DNA from: Albugo candida
Taxonomy: Eukaryota
Assembly (NCBI GenBank): GCA_040437565.1
Contig: JBDOQK010000031.1
Span: forward strand, 124,001 to 188,000
Reading direction: 5' to 3'
Length of the DNA stretch: 64,000 bases
A program made the position numbers and the translations under genes. Shown one piece after another: positions 1 through 14,332 of the stretch (position 1 is its first letter; each line of letters opens with the position of its first letter). Under the pieces are notes generated by a model. The model had not been told where the DNA came from and searched no databases. It saw nothing but the letters and a program-made list of their open reading frames with translations.

Positions 1-3000
1 ACATTCGCTGCAGTGAGTTATCACCACAGTGCTGTAGTTTCAAACAATGGCGATCTCTTGACATTTGGAATGAATGATAGTGGTCAGCTTGGGCTCGATC
101 ACGCGCAACATCAGCACACCCCTCAGCTAGTCGAGACACTCTCTAGCCAAAAAGTTTGCAAAGTTGCTTGTGGCCTGTATCATACCGTGGTGATCGTCGA
201 TAATGGAGAAGTGTACTCTTTCGGGAAGAATGAATATGGCCAACTTGGTCTGTCTCACACGCAGAACACCAAAGTCCCAATGCTTGTCAAAATACCACCC
301 GCTCCTCGAACGCCAATCTCAGATACGGTCAATAAGGCAGTCCAAGTCTATTGTGGATATTATCACACTGTTGGAATCCTGGAATGCGGTAAGGTGGTGA
401 CGTGGGGTCGAAATGATTATGGTCAGCTCGGAATCGGCAGCAAGGATCACAAAAGTGTTGCTCAATATGTTCCTCTTCCACTCACGTCTCGAGTTAAAAA
501 AGCTTCCTGTGGTTGTTATCATACGCTCATACTTCTCGTAAATGGACGTGTTATGGTATTTGGTCGCAACAATAAAGGACAATTGGGTGTTGCTTCCCGC
601 TCTCTTCCCTCTGCCGACTTGCCACTACCAATCCCATTGCATCCATTATCATCCGATGAAGTGGTTTATGTTTCTGCTGGATTTTATTGCTCCTATATTC
701 TCACAGGAAAGGAAGCAAGTGACCAAGTTCAAGATATATGTGGTGATCCATCGACGACTTCACCCGAAGAAATGACAGGTCGTGCTTTGAGGACTTCAGA
801 CAAACTATTCCAGGATCTGATGAAGCAAATGGATCAGTATTCGGAATGTATGCAAAAGCTGAACACAAACACATGCGCTAGTGAATACCCGGTCGTTGTT
901 GCATCAAAAAGGATGAACGTCGCATCCGGTAGGACGCTCGCTTTGGTGAAATTATACAGCGCATCTTGGGCACTTGTTCAAGGACTAATGTATCAGTCTG
1001 TAAAGCTGGAAAATGAGACAACAAAAAAGACTGTCGGAGCCCAGAATCCCGTGTTGCTTTCTCTACTTGATTTTTTGTTGACCATCTTCCAGTCGTCAAA
1101 GTCTTTGCAATCTGCCAAGGCTTTAGAAACTCAGTCGTTGGTACGATTTTTAGAGGTCAAGTGTGAGGACGAAAAGGGAGGCGTGAGCAACTCTTGTTTC
1201 TCGTTTCGGAACGCTTCTCTAGGTCTCACAAGATGTTTGCTAACGCTCAAAAGTATCCCAAGTCTCTCATGTCCGACCCAAGCTTCATGGCTTCAGGATT
1301 TATGCCCTCAACTTCTCAACAATCAAGTGTTGTCGATTTTGCTTTATTGCGGCTCAATGAATGACGGGATCTGCTCGATATTGGCTGCAAATAGCTCTGT
1401 GATTGCACACACATTATCTAATTTTGAATCCAATGACCTGACAACAGCAATGATCTCATTTCGTCTCGCGATGTTGCTATTTCCTTTCCATTCCGTGATC
1501 GAAATCAACAATATTTATCGAGAGAAGACTTCGCGTCCGTCTGGCAACGTGCTGCATACATTGATTCTTTTGGTCGGACGTCCCTTAATCACCCGGCCAA
1601 AGCTTTGTCATCATGAACTGGGTATTGAGTGTTGCATTACACGTCCCTGCGAGAGATCTTCTTGTGTGAAAAAGTCTTGTCGTACTTGGAGTGAAAAGGT
1701 TCCGAATGCGTCTGAAGATCACACATTGGCACGCTTACTGGATCGCTATCATGTCGCTCTTGCAAAGTCTGATGAGGCTGTTGCATTACTCCGCTATATG
1801 ACAACGTTCCCTTCGTGGAAAGCTGCTGTGAACGAATCGGTGATCTTGGCTCTGCAGAAACAATGCAGGATTGATGATATGGTACACTCTATAGCCACTT
1901 ACTACCTGCGACTACAAGACAACACAGCCAGCTACGAGGACGATAAGAGGGATGATGACACCATACGTCAAGCCGAGGTCACAGAAGTTAACAGAGATAC
2001 TTCAGATGATGAGAAGCTCAGTAACGATGTCAATTTGGCTGAAAAAGAAGCTCTCAAACGCTTTGTGAAAGCCCGGGAAGCCCTTGATGATATTGCATGT
2101 ATAATGGCTGCAGTCGCAATCTATGGTGGTCACTCCGAGTCCCTTCGTGAAGGATGTGCTGTCATCTCACCTGCAAAAGAACTCTCAACATCGAAAAGCT
2201 CTGTAGGAACCTTGAGCAACGTGGAACTGGATAAGAGCACTCTTGAGCCTATGGCTACTATCTTACTTCCTGAGGCTGGAACAGGAAAGTCAAACCTTCA
2301 AACTGGAAAGACAAAACCCAACTACATCTTCAACGATGGAGTTGGTACTTCCAATATTTTCATGATGAGCACCGCCAGCAATATATCGAAACAAGTTCGC
2401 TTTCCTCTGAAGCAATTACGAGCTCTGGAAAAAATTCCACCCATGTTTTCTATCTTTGATGATATACAAACAGCTATATCCTTACTATCGTCACTGAGCA
2501 CGTTCCAGCTCCATCGTTACTCAGCTAATGGAGAAGAAAGCTATCCGGGAATGCCACAGCTTGAGCAGGGTCAGCTTGATGTCCTTGCTCCTATTTGTGG
2601 AGAATTCTTAGAGTCTGTACAAAATCAGCTACACTGGAGGTCCACGAAAGCCTTATACACGATATTCAAACAAGTGTCCTTGCCAATGAAAAGTGAGGAG
2701 CTATCAACACCGATTTCTGGATTGTTAAATAAGAAGATAATAAGCACTCTTGCTGCCATCATCAACGATGAAAGCCTGTTGCTAGGATCTAATAATATCT
2801 GTGATACGAATGAGAATCAGGACACATGCTGGCAAGGATCTCAATGCAAGGAAAGACTTGACAATCGCTGGCTCAATACGCAGATCAGAAAAGTGTACCT
2901 GGGTGCTCAGAGAGCATTAGATTCTACCATAGATCATCATGAAATTAAGGTCAGAGATGCAGTCATGAAAAAGATGGACGATGAGGACGCAATAAACTGG

Positions 3001-6000
3001 GGTCTTGATGCGATCCAGTCACCGAAAAAAGGCTATGAGCCTGCTTCAAAAAAGGGTAAGCCCCTGATAAAGCAGCAATGTTCGCATGACCATACACCAG
3101 GGTTGGATCAACCAGATCAATCAACTTCCAATACCAGAATCACCATTCCAACTGGAGCGTGGGGTGTGTTGTATCCTCTACCACTTTTACAAGACGTAGA
3201 TGGATCCACATCGGATGAAACTCCATTGAGCACAGCTCCATTTCCGCTGGTGACATCCGTAGTTCGCGTTGGACGGGCACCAGATTCGTGTGATATGGTT
3301 ATTAATGACAAAAGTGTAAGTGGAAGGCACTTTCACCTTCGACGCATCCACGGAAATGATGGGGAACAGTGTTTTGAGCTACAAGACTTTAGCAAGAATG
3401 GAAGTATCGTCAACGGTGTACGCGTCCACGGTACAAGTACCCGCATCAGCCCAGGAACGCGTATTTCAATAATACTATCCCGTGGCGGCCTTGCAAGTTT
3501 TGAATTCCAAATACGTGAGTCCGATAGCACGGGTCTTTTATCCATGGCAGATGCAGGAAGTCGCTTATCATTATCCAATCCACTATTCCAGCGCATGCCA
3601 CCTCCGACATTGATAGCCTCCGGAAGACAATCAAACGTGTACGATGGAGGAGGTAACAGTAGTGAGCTTCAGCACTCAGTTGGCACGGAAACAACCACGG
3701 CCTTTGATGGGAATCCATCGACTGCATATGAACCAAGAAGTCCTGCGCAATTACAAAATCGTGGGGCTAACGAAACAATTACACAAGCTGCTACCGATGG
3801 AGCACGTGTTGGTGCAAGACGACAAAGCCTCAATCGGATAGATGCTTTCCGAAGTAGATTTACTTCTCAAGGACTGAGGCTGATAACCTCTGTCACGGAG
3901 AGTGATGTCCCACGTGCATTGGTCTCTCCTAATCCAGCGATTGATTCACCGAGGATGAGTGGCTTCAATTCACCTCGATCTTCCATTTTCCAGATGCCAG
4001 GAACTCCTTCGGTGGGCTCACCTGCGGGAGGCACATGTACCAATACACCTACACTCCATGGTATTTTATCTCCTGCCTCTTATCAGCAGCACGAGAGCTC
4101 CGCTGCTTATGAAACAAATGCAAATACAAGTCCCCCATCGGCTTCAAATAGCTGTAGCGAGGAAGCAATGATCAATGAGGCTTTAAGAATGGTTTTGGGG
4201 AAAGAGAACCTTCCACGAGAAAAAGTACATGAAGTAGCCAAATCCCGAATCCCATACCTCGGTAGACTACGAACAATGCTTCCAATGTCACTCGGCAACA
4301 GCGAATCAGCAAACACAATCAGTTCTAGCAAGGAGAAATGCCAAATTGATTACACTGCACGCGCTGTTGAGTTACGGTCACGTGTTCACGATCAGTATGG
4401 ATATCAAGTTGCATTCGAATACTGTGAGGAAGCGCTCGTGTGTTCAAATGGAGACCTGAGTGCTGCTTTTCTCCAGTTACAGAGTGCAATCGAGGAAGTC
4501 ACATCCCGACAGAAAGCCGTCACACCTCTCTCATTCAACTCATTCTATTTGGCTCAACTCTTGCACCGAGATGAGAACACCTGTACAGAGGCGCTGGCTG
4601 CAGCTGGTAATAATCTCAGCGACGCGCTACTCCTCCTTTTGAATCAAGACACATCACTCGTACGACAGCCCGCGGAGCTCAACATGGCACAGGCTATCAA
4701 CTATTCAAGTAATAGACAATCTCCGGAAGATAATTATCTGAGGTATCAGGATCCTATGGAGGAGAATCCTTCGTATGTTCTGACCGAGTCGAGCAGTCTG
4801 ATCGATATTGATGCATCGGTGGAGCCAGTACCAATACGTCGTGGCTGGACTTCAACCAGACGAGATCCTTCCAAACGTTCAAAAGAGAATTCTCCTGTCA
4901 AGTTTTGGACTTGGCTTCAATGCAACGCTTCCGCAAATGAGACAATCGGTACCACGAGCTATTACGAGGCCCACATTGAGGAAATCAAAACTGGAACGTT
5001 TATGATGGCTGTGTATGCACGCAAGACTCTGCTTCATTTATTGAGACTGTGTGATGCTTCAGGATATAACGTTGAAGAAGACGTGTTTGCATCCTTCTCG
5101 ACAGCTACATTTCGTCGACTTGTTTTGTCGATGCGAGAAGAACCTGAGAAACAGAAAGGAGATGTCGTATTGCAAACGCTGCAATCAATTCTTAAGAGAA
5201 TGGTTTTGAAGGCTCTTGAAAACTCCTGTGGATGCAACTCTATGGTTTCCATACTGAAACAATCACAAGCAATCTCTATTTTGATGTCAGAGATCGATGA
5301 TTGCGATCCACGATCATCAATGTCAAAGTCGTTCATGATGCGTATGTTTGCATCTTTCCGGATGATGGAACAGTCAGAAAAGAACAAAAATACGACACAA
5401 TGCATCGTGAAAGAACAGAAAGCACCGATTTCACAGCATTTATTCATTGACGCAATCCTGCATATCCTATCGAGGAGCTATTCTGATTCCAACCCGACAA
5501 TGTTATGGGATTCAACCGGAGCAAGTATCTCTCTACAGAGAGAGCCTATTTACTGGAAAGGACCACTCACTCTCGAATGTGGCCTGGATGTCGTTTTAGT
5601 CAATACACTTGATCGTTTATGGAGCCTTGCAGCACCTGATCCATTGCTTCAGTATCGCCATAAATGGAGGAATCAAACGAACGGGAAGAATGATGAGAAT
5701 TTGATCTGGATAAAGGGATCCTACGATAGTCATCTGACATTGTGGAGACCTGTTATTCCGTTTGATTTGACGTCGTCGTCATCCGCCGGAGGTAGGCACC
5801 AACAGCCTAGAACTACCGGACAGCACTTACTGGAAGATGAAAACAATTGGTACAGTCTTGGTGACATTCTCACTTGTACTAATGAAGTTAGTGAAGCATC
5901 TCCCAAGACAGCAGTACTCATCGTATACGATCACCATGACGGTCTGCTAGCCTCCCCGCTTGGCTTCCATCGCATTGATGTCACAGGAAAAGGCCTTCCT

Positions 6001-9000
6001 TTGTGTACATCGGACACCAGCCCTGAATTGTACAAGAAGCAGCAACGTTCAATATGGTGGCCAATTGCACCCCCTGGATATATTTCACTAGGCTGCGTCG
6101 CAGGCACAAAGCACGAACCGCTCCTGTCTCCCAGTTGTGACTCGGTGCGATGCGTGAGGCGAGATCTCGTTCTCCAGTCGACTGAGACTCATTACGCCTA
6201 TCATTCGAAACAAAATCACTTGGAAGGAGAAGAAGTCGATCAACGACCTAACATCGTCTTGCGGGTCACCCGTGAAGATTTCGTTGGCGGAACAGTTTTT
6301 CCATCCTCCCTGGTCGCTGAAGACACAGCTGATTCTCAGTATCAACAAATCTCCGTGCTGAAGCTAAGCGAGGAAGATAAAATTCTATGTGGTCCCGTGA
6401 CTGTCAAATCGGTTTTGCAATTCGTCAAAGCTTATGTGTGCTGTAAGCACTTTGAAAGTAAGGAAGAAGAAGCGCAGAATGACAAGGCACCGTCTGCATT
6501 GGCTCATTCATTGTTTATATTGTTGAAGAAAGTCGTCACGGAATCAAATCCGGCTTCCGCTACTGTTGCAGTATGTGTGGTTCGAGCAATGATATCGGTG
6601 ATAAGAAAAGGAGAGCAGTGGAACGATAAAGCTGGTCTCTTGTTCTGCCGATCAAAGATCATGAAGCTATATCAGGAACAGGAAAATGGATTGATGGTCA
6701 ATTCTCTATGTCAGGCATTGGTCGAACTACTTTTAACCGTGCAGGATCACAATCACGGAAAGGAGGTGGAAAGGATGCAAGCCTGCACACGAAATTGCTC
6801 CAACTTGACGTCTCCGTACCGCTTCCAATTTTCTCGACAAGTGACCAACGAAATGCTAGTCAGCCATTCCTCCAAAATCCTTGTGACAAGATACGCTGCT
6901 GAGGATGAGCGCAAATTCCTACTCGAGTATCATCCAGACCATCCATCCAGCGAAAAGAAGATCAAATACAACCTGGAGGAAGATTTTCATTCGTGTCGAT
7001 TTGAAAACACACCCGAGTTGCGAGTTCTAATGCACGGGGAATTGAAAGCCGAAATTGTATATTACGAGTTGACCATAATGGAATGGAAGGATGGAAGCGT
7101 TTTCACGGATGGTACTGAAAAGAGCGCTCATGGATTCCCTGTGTTTGCTCTTGGTTTCTCTGCAGTCGACTATGCGCTTGAGGGTCCATGTATCGGTATG
7201 AGGAGTCGATTTACAGCCGACGCAACCACACCATCTCGTTCCTACAGTTTCCTTCCTTTCAATTCCACGGTAAACACGTCGGATCCTCATGTAGATCAAT
7301 CAAGATGGAATGATCAAGTGCCTCCTTCCATCACGACTGGAGATAACTTTGGTTGTGGTATCCGTCTCGATTCACAGGAGATCTTTTTCACCAAGAATGG
7401 GTATCTACTCGGAACCACCTTTTTCTCGGTCGAGCATCCATCTGCATTACATCCCACCATTTCGTGTAGCACCGATTGCAAGCTTCTGATCAATTTTGGC
7501 TCATTAAGTCATCAGAGTTCCACTCCTAACGATCACGAATCAGGATCAAATGGAGCGTTATTAGACGTAATCGACAGCGGCTGTGTGGATCCTGGTAGCC
7601 ATATCCCCATGAATTTTCATTATCGATTCGGCTCGATGGACTTTGAAAACTTGATGGCTGCATTTGAATGGTTTGAACCTATCTATCAAGTCTACGGAAT
7701 AATGAAAGCTATGCTGGGTCCAAAGTTGGAAGATTATCACAACAAGAGCGCGTGCAGTATGAATACGATAGACAGTAAGCTAGTCAAGCATCTACCTGAT
7801 GAATTTATGCTGTCAGCGGACACTTTTCTTGCCGAAATAGCTGAAGATGTTTGTCTCCGAGTGGAAAGTAAACATCCTTACGATCTTGAACTCCAGGAGG
7901 CTTTTGTCAACATTCCTCTGGCAAGCTCTATACGCGTACGATTGAGCTCTTCATGTCGAACCGATCCATCACATTGTCTTCAAATTCTACAAGGCGGTGA
8001 TACATCTGCAGAGTCTGATCTTGATGGAAGAGTCGTGCACACAGGCTCCACAAGCGTGGAGTCGGAAGTTCGAGCGTTTACCGGATCTTGTGGTGGTCAA
8101 GAAGTAATGATTGAAGGCGATCGATTCATATGGCGATTCCCAGTACAATCAAACTTTCAAAGTCGTGTTGATCGTGTGAGAAAAGGTCCCTACCTGAGGC
8201 TTGAGAATCGAGACACAAGATTATCACTTACGCGAGACAAAGGGTGGCAAACTGCGATCGGTGTGGCGAGGTTTGACGGCGGTGTGCATATCTGGGAAAT
8301 ACGCATTTCGTTTGTCACTGCAAGCTCCAACATATTTTTGGGAATTGCTCGAAAGGATGTGAGATTAGATTCTTACCTTGGTAAAGATAATCGAGGCTGG
8401 GGATGGATAGGAAATCGGGCTCTTTGGCATAATGGCAGCAAACAACGTGGGACCTATGGAGAGAAATTTAAGAGCGGAGATCTCGTACGAATGACGCTCG
8501 ATCTGAAACGAGGAACGTTATCTTTTGCGTTGAATGGAAAAGATTTGGGTATTGCTTTTGGGCCGGGGGGAACAGGCTCAAGACTGGATGGAGTATTTTA
8601 TCCAGGTTTTGCACTTTACAACCAGCGCGATTGCATCGATCTAATCGGAGGCCATCGTGTCGATGATGGGCATGAGTTTGCAAGAACCCCCGGTCCTGGA
8701 ATGACAGAAAACACGATGGAAGAAGGAGACACGGAGTTTTATAGTGATGAAGACGATCAGCTTGACAGTGAAGATTCCAGTTTACGACTTGAGGCAGCGA
8801 CGGCATTGACCCAAATGGGGTTTCCATTAGATTGGTGTATGTACGCTCTTCGTCAACGTGATGATGATGTTGAGCAAGCTGCGGACTTTTTACTCGCGAA
8901 TCTTCACGTGATGGATGGGATTATCAACGAAGAAATGGAAGATCAACGTCGTCGCCAACTTCGGTCGAATGAACGAGGAAATCGGGATATTGGTGATTCA

Positions 9001-11056
9001 GTGACATCAGCAGTGGGAGACTCGTCGATTGAATCGCACAACGCTGGCTCAGACGCAGAGGTCGTGGGAGAAGAAGAACAAACTGATTCTGAAAATTGGG
9101 GAATCGCGTTTACTGCCGTGCCCGAATTCTCCCTCACTGGTCGTAAACTTTTAGCTGCCAGATACACTAAAAAGCTACAGCAATTGCATTCGGATCAATC
9201 TGTCTTCACACTAGAGCACGATGAAGCGATTACTCGAATTGTCAACGAAGTCTGTGAAAGTCGAGCGGAAGGGCTTCTTAGTTGTGATCCCTTGCGTATG
9301 GCCCCTAAGGAGTTTTCTCCAACTGATGAGCATCTACGGAAATTTCGCTGCCTGGAGACGATATCACTATGTCAGCTTCAAAAGCGATTTCTAATTCTAC
9401 GCAATTTCAACAGCAGACTGCAGACATCGCTCTCATTTGTCGACTTTATGGCCGAGTCAGAGAACTCAGTGCTTGTAAAGGGAATTCACTTTTTACGAGG
9501 TCTGATCTTTCAGCATGTCAAATTGACTTGGTGGCTTGGAGTTTTGCGTGAGCAACAAGCTCCGGTCTCCGCAAGGCCAGAAATTGAGATTGACCGACAT
9601 CGTACCTTTGATTCAACCGAGCAATCCGACATCAAAGACACAGTGTTCTACCAGGCATTCACACAGCTTCATTGCATACAGCCTTCCCTGTTGCGTGGTT
9701 CAGATCGAGCCTTTAAATGCCAATTTGCAGGCGAATTTGGTGATGACTTTGGTGGCCTGTATCGTGAATGTCTCGCACAAGTAAGCTGTGAGCTACAGTC
9801 AAAAGCTTTACCGCTATTTCAACCATGTCCCAATGCTTACAATAGCACGGGTGAAAACCGAGAGCAATATGTTCCGAATGTACAGGCGAGAAGCGACAAT
9901 CAAAACATACAAATGAACGAGTTCCTTGGCAAGCTTATAGGAATTGCCATTCGCACGAAAACTCCTCTGGATCTGAATCTGCCAACAGTAGTGTGGAAAT
10001 TGCTTGTCGGAGAACCTGTTTGTCGACAGGACATTGAACAGATTCATCAAGGCTGCTTCCAGGTACAACGGCTAGAAAACTACTGCTCAAACGAACGTAC
10101 TGAACCTGTATTTGCTTTAGATTGTGGACACCATTCAAAACATCCAAGCTCATGGCATCACCGAGAGCATGTTTGACGAGATCGTTGATACAAACTTCAC
10201 AGTGATTTCAAACACAAATGAAGTCGTTGAACTCGTGCCGGGTGGTGAAGATGTTAGAGTGACGTGGCAAGACAAGGAGATATATGCTCGCGCTGTAGAG
10301 AATCATCGCTTAAATGAATTCCGCCCGAGTTGTGATGACATATTACGTGGAATTGCGACGATTCTCCCGGCCAACACATTATCCTTATTCACGTGGAAAG
10401 AGTTCGCAACACTTGTGTGTGGTAAAGCTACAGTTGATATCGATCTACTGCGACGACGGACGGTGTATGGAGACGGATGCCAAGCGAACGATCCCCATAT
10501 TGTCTACTTTTGGCAAATTCTGAGCGAGTTTACCGATGAACAAAAGTCTTCATTTCTTCGATTTGTTTGGTAAGAGTTGCTCCGGTTGCTGATGTTTCGA
10601 CTCTGACAATGTGAATTTCTTCGCAGGGGTCGATCTCGCTTACCAACTCACGCAGCCGATTTCACACAAGATTTTAAAATATCAGGTCTTCCAAAAGCGG
10701 CGATGAAACCCGACGCTTATCTTCCGGTCGCACATACATGTAAGCATCTTTCTCGACGAATATACCTCGAGATTGTAGCTAAAAGACGATCGTTTTGCGA
10801 AGGCTTCTTTTCGGTGGATTTGCCGGCGTACACTTCGAAAAAAGTTATGCACGAAAAACTGTTGTACGCAATCACACATTGCCAATCCATTGATGCGGAT
10901 AATACGACGCTAGCTCAGCGAGCGGGTCAAGGGATCAACTGGACAAACTTGAATGCGGCTACTGCATCAGAAGCGTCCTCGGCACCTGCATCAAGAGGTC
11001 TTTCATCGGACCCCACAGCCTCGAGGCCTACTACCACACAGAGTTTGGGACTTTAG
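1..11056 (+). CDS. Giant HERC-like HECT E3 ubiquitin ligase (RCC1 repeats, FHA, Vps62-like, 2x SPRY, UBA, HECT); 5' partial, 3 introns near the 3' end
   Basis: The 3387-aa ORF begins with RCC1 repeats (FGxNxxGQLG, CGxYHT). The HECT region has FAGEFGDDFGGLYRE, then FLRFVW-GRSRLP and LPVAHT-C-FFSVDLPAY after removing GT-AG introns at about 10063-10120, 10570-10626 and 10740-10802. Stop is at 11056. Confidence 0.92.
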
Positions 11057-11341
11057 CGCATTGACTAATATATTTCGCAATATGCCTTCATATATGTGTC
11101 ATTACTATTTCGAATGAAAGCATCCTCGTGCAAACGTCTCCATCATCCTTTCTTGACGATCTTTGCAATTTATCTTGGCTTTTATCTCCTTTTTCATTCG
11201 GCCTGCAAAGTGCTATATGTTGGTGGCCGACGTCCCCAAACAGCACGCTGCAAGATGATCCGAATCATCTTCTTTCGATTCAGCCTGCTGGGTAACTGGT
11301 CAGCTAAACGTAGAGACTGCAGGTTACGGTCTCGTACCGAG

Positions 11342-13964
11342 TCATCTCGAATGAGTGTGATCATGCAAAGTGTACAACGCGATGATCATTTGTGTCCATT
11401 GCACAGGCCACGCGGCATCCAAAAGCGTTGCTGTAAGTGACTATAATGCATACGATTTGTACTCAGTCATCCTTGCTTCAATCATACTAATGCTTACCTG
11501 TACAGAGAAAGAAACAAGAAAAGTCGAAGTGCACGGGCTGCACGTCCTCATAGCAGCCAGAATAAAAGCAGTGAGTAATCGTTCCGATCCTACCAAAATA
11601 GGAATGAACAAACGCATCAACGAGGCACGAAACTTACCATTCAAATCCAAAAGAAAGCTATGTCTTGATATTCCTTCGATCACGAATAATAACGGCAATA
11701 GAATACGGAATGTTGCTACCATTGCAGTGGGGCCGGACGAGCAGAAAAACTGGACCAAAAATGCATACCATAGGCAAATCGGTGCCCATGGTGGAGCCCA
11801 TGGTATCACGTGCTGCACCAGTAGGGGAAATGTGTACAGAAATAGGAAGCAGAATCCAACATAACGACGCATAAAGAGGGTGCACAGAGCAACACTGTGT
11901 ACGTGAACCATCCAATAGCTTCCAACTCGATACAAGACCAGTAGTATGTCCCTTAATATTGCAAATAGCATCATCATGTGAGTTGAGGTCATTCTAACAC
12001 ATGGAACCAGAGAAGGCAGAGATCGATGGATTCCCTGAGTGAAAAGATAACGTCCACCCATTCTTGTATTTGTAATGCACGAGATCATTCGAGTGCTCAG
12101 AGTTGATACATCTTGGATGATTCGATCACGCAGCTGCAATAAGCACGTGCTGATATACGTACGACTTGGTGTTGCGTCTGTCGAGAATGTCAGCTCTTTT
12201 TTTTCGTCCAAGGGCTCGCGAGCTGAGTTCAATTGACTGAGNNNNNNNNNNNNNNNNNNNNNNNNNNNNNNNNNNNNNNNNNNNNNNNNNNNNNNNNNNN
12301 NNNNNNNNNNNNNNNNNNNNNNNNNNNNNNNNNNNNNNNNNACGTCCACCCATTCTTGTATTTGTAATGCACGAGATCATTCGAGTGCTCAGAGTTGATA
12401 CATCTTGGATGATTCGATCACGCAGCTGCAATAAGCACGTGCTGATATACGTACGACTTGGTGTTGCGTCTGTCGAGAATGTCAGCTCTTTTTTTTCGTC
12501 CAAGGGCTCGCGAGCTGAGTTCAATTGACTGAGATGAATAAGCTCACTACCTCGCTGGCTACATGAGTCACTTGATGTTCCGTACAAGTATTGCGATTCC
12601 CGTTTGTGATAATTCGCAGTAGCTTCCATAATAGACTCTGTGCAACCTTCTGCATTACCATGCTCCGGGACAGTTGTAGCGCCAAATATACTGAGGGTCG
12701 AATGCAGCGAATCAAAATGTCCTGTGTTGGGCTCTAAACAACCAGCATGTGTAAGCCCCGCTGAAGGTGATCCCAGAGGACCTGGACGATCTTGATTGGC
12801 AGCACCATCCTCTTGTATTGACTCCTCGCGCTCCTCTTTTCTTTGCCGCTCTTGTATATTCATTCGTGAAATTATGCGAGAGCCTTTCTTTTTTAAACGC
12901 TCCGAATCAATTTCAGAGTCTTCTCCTACTTTTTTTGTTTCAGATTTGCATTCAACTGGTTTGGAGGTCTTTTTTGTATCTGTGCGCTTTTGTGCATCGT
13001 GTCGAATTTTTTCTCGAAAGATCTGGCGTACAGGTCTGTGGCTCTTTTGCGAGTTGGGGCTGGTGATGCATTGAGTAGACCTAGAGTGTTTCGCGATATT
13101 CTTGCAAACTTCTAATCGATCCCTTTTGTGAGCACTATGAGTTGTAGGCCCGGCCAAAGCAGATTCTGAGTTGTTCTCACGCTTCCGAAACTGTAATCCG
13201 GTATTTTGTAGCCCTGCTGGCATTGAGCTGTCAACAGCTCTTATAAATTTACTATCGCTTGCACACTGGCGCTTCTTATTGCTTTTGACAGAAGAACGTT
13301 CCTCAAGACCCGTTTTTTTGAGATTTTCCATATCTGGTCTTACTAAAGGTTGCGAAGCGATTACGTCGCGAGATTCTTGATAATGTTTAGAGTTGAAATG
13401 CATGCCTCTCGTTTCATTTCTTGCTGGTTTTGAATTTGTACACACATATGATTTCGTAAATGCACGTCTAGTAGGCGTTTGGACCTGTTCCAGTGGTACA
13501 GATGTCTCATTCAGCTCCGCCAAACGAGAGGTTGTCTGAAACACTTTTGATTCAGCGGCGGGAGCATTGTAGGATAGAGTATCTCTCAAGAAGAGAGCCT
13601 GACGTCTTCCGCCCATCTGAGAAGTATCCCTAGACTTTAGATGATTGTCCTGCTGTCGACTAGTATCGATGATTTCACTCAGTCCCGGAGGCGGTCGATG
13701 TCCGGGTGTTTCATAACTTCCTTTCCTTGGCGTTAATCGTTGGGTTGTATCACCAAAAAAAAGCGCTCTTTGTCCGCCAGCTGGCCCAAATGAGCGATAG
13801 GTATCGTTGTGAAATGCCTTCTGATCGCCTAATTCTCGATACCCTTTGGTAGTTCTAACTCGTCTTTCCACTTGAGCATATTCTCCTTGGCTCCATGATG
13901 ATAATACTCGACTTTCTTCTGATCGATCGATTGCAGGACCTTGGAGTTTTGTGGTGTAATCCAT
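11342..13964 (-). CDS. Hypothetical protein: long low-complexity/charged N-terminus plus C-terminal multi-pass membrane domain; interrupted by an assembly gap
   Basis: ORFs 12126..13964 and 11441..12349 join once the duplicated gap flank is collapsed. The C-terminus is hydrophobic (FLYTFPLLVQHVIPWAPPWAPICLWYAFLVQFF). Introns are at about 11637-11590 and 11497-11431, and the probable stop is near 11342. Confidence 0.7.
12050..12533. repeat. Gap-flanking exact duplication (12050-12241 = 12342-12533), assembly artefact
   Basis: 192 bp repeated on both sides of a 100-N gap inside a CDS. Confidence 0.9.
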
Positions 13965-14332
13965 TTGACTAAAACTTGATGCAGTTGTCGCGTTTGCGTA
14001 TAACGGAGAGAGACAGAATTCACTCGTCGCATGGACGTGAGCTGAGTGCCGGTCATTAGCGGCTCTAAATTGTCAGACATTTTGTTAGCTTATTGCGATA
14101 CTCTATGGCGTGAGATGCTTGCCTTCTCTCTGGAAAAATTTCATCCTTAAGCTCACCAGGTAGATAGAAAACCACGTCATTTTGCTCTTCCGAATCTGAG
14201 TCACATTGACTCGACATTATTGGGACATTAATATGTGAACAAGCTCAGAAGAACAAAGCGTGAGCATGGGACATGGACTAAGTCTTAGGTTCGGCTTATT
14301 GGATGCCAACTACCATTCAATTTCCAGTTTAC

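Noticed and set aside
203-10153. Numerous short alternative-frame and antisense ORFs inside long genes (also 51544..52170 and similar)
   Set aside because: These are shadow ORFs overlapping well-supported CDSs, with no recognisable motifs.
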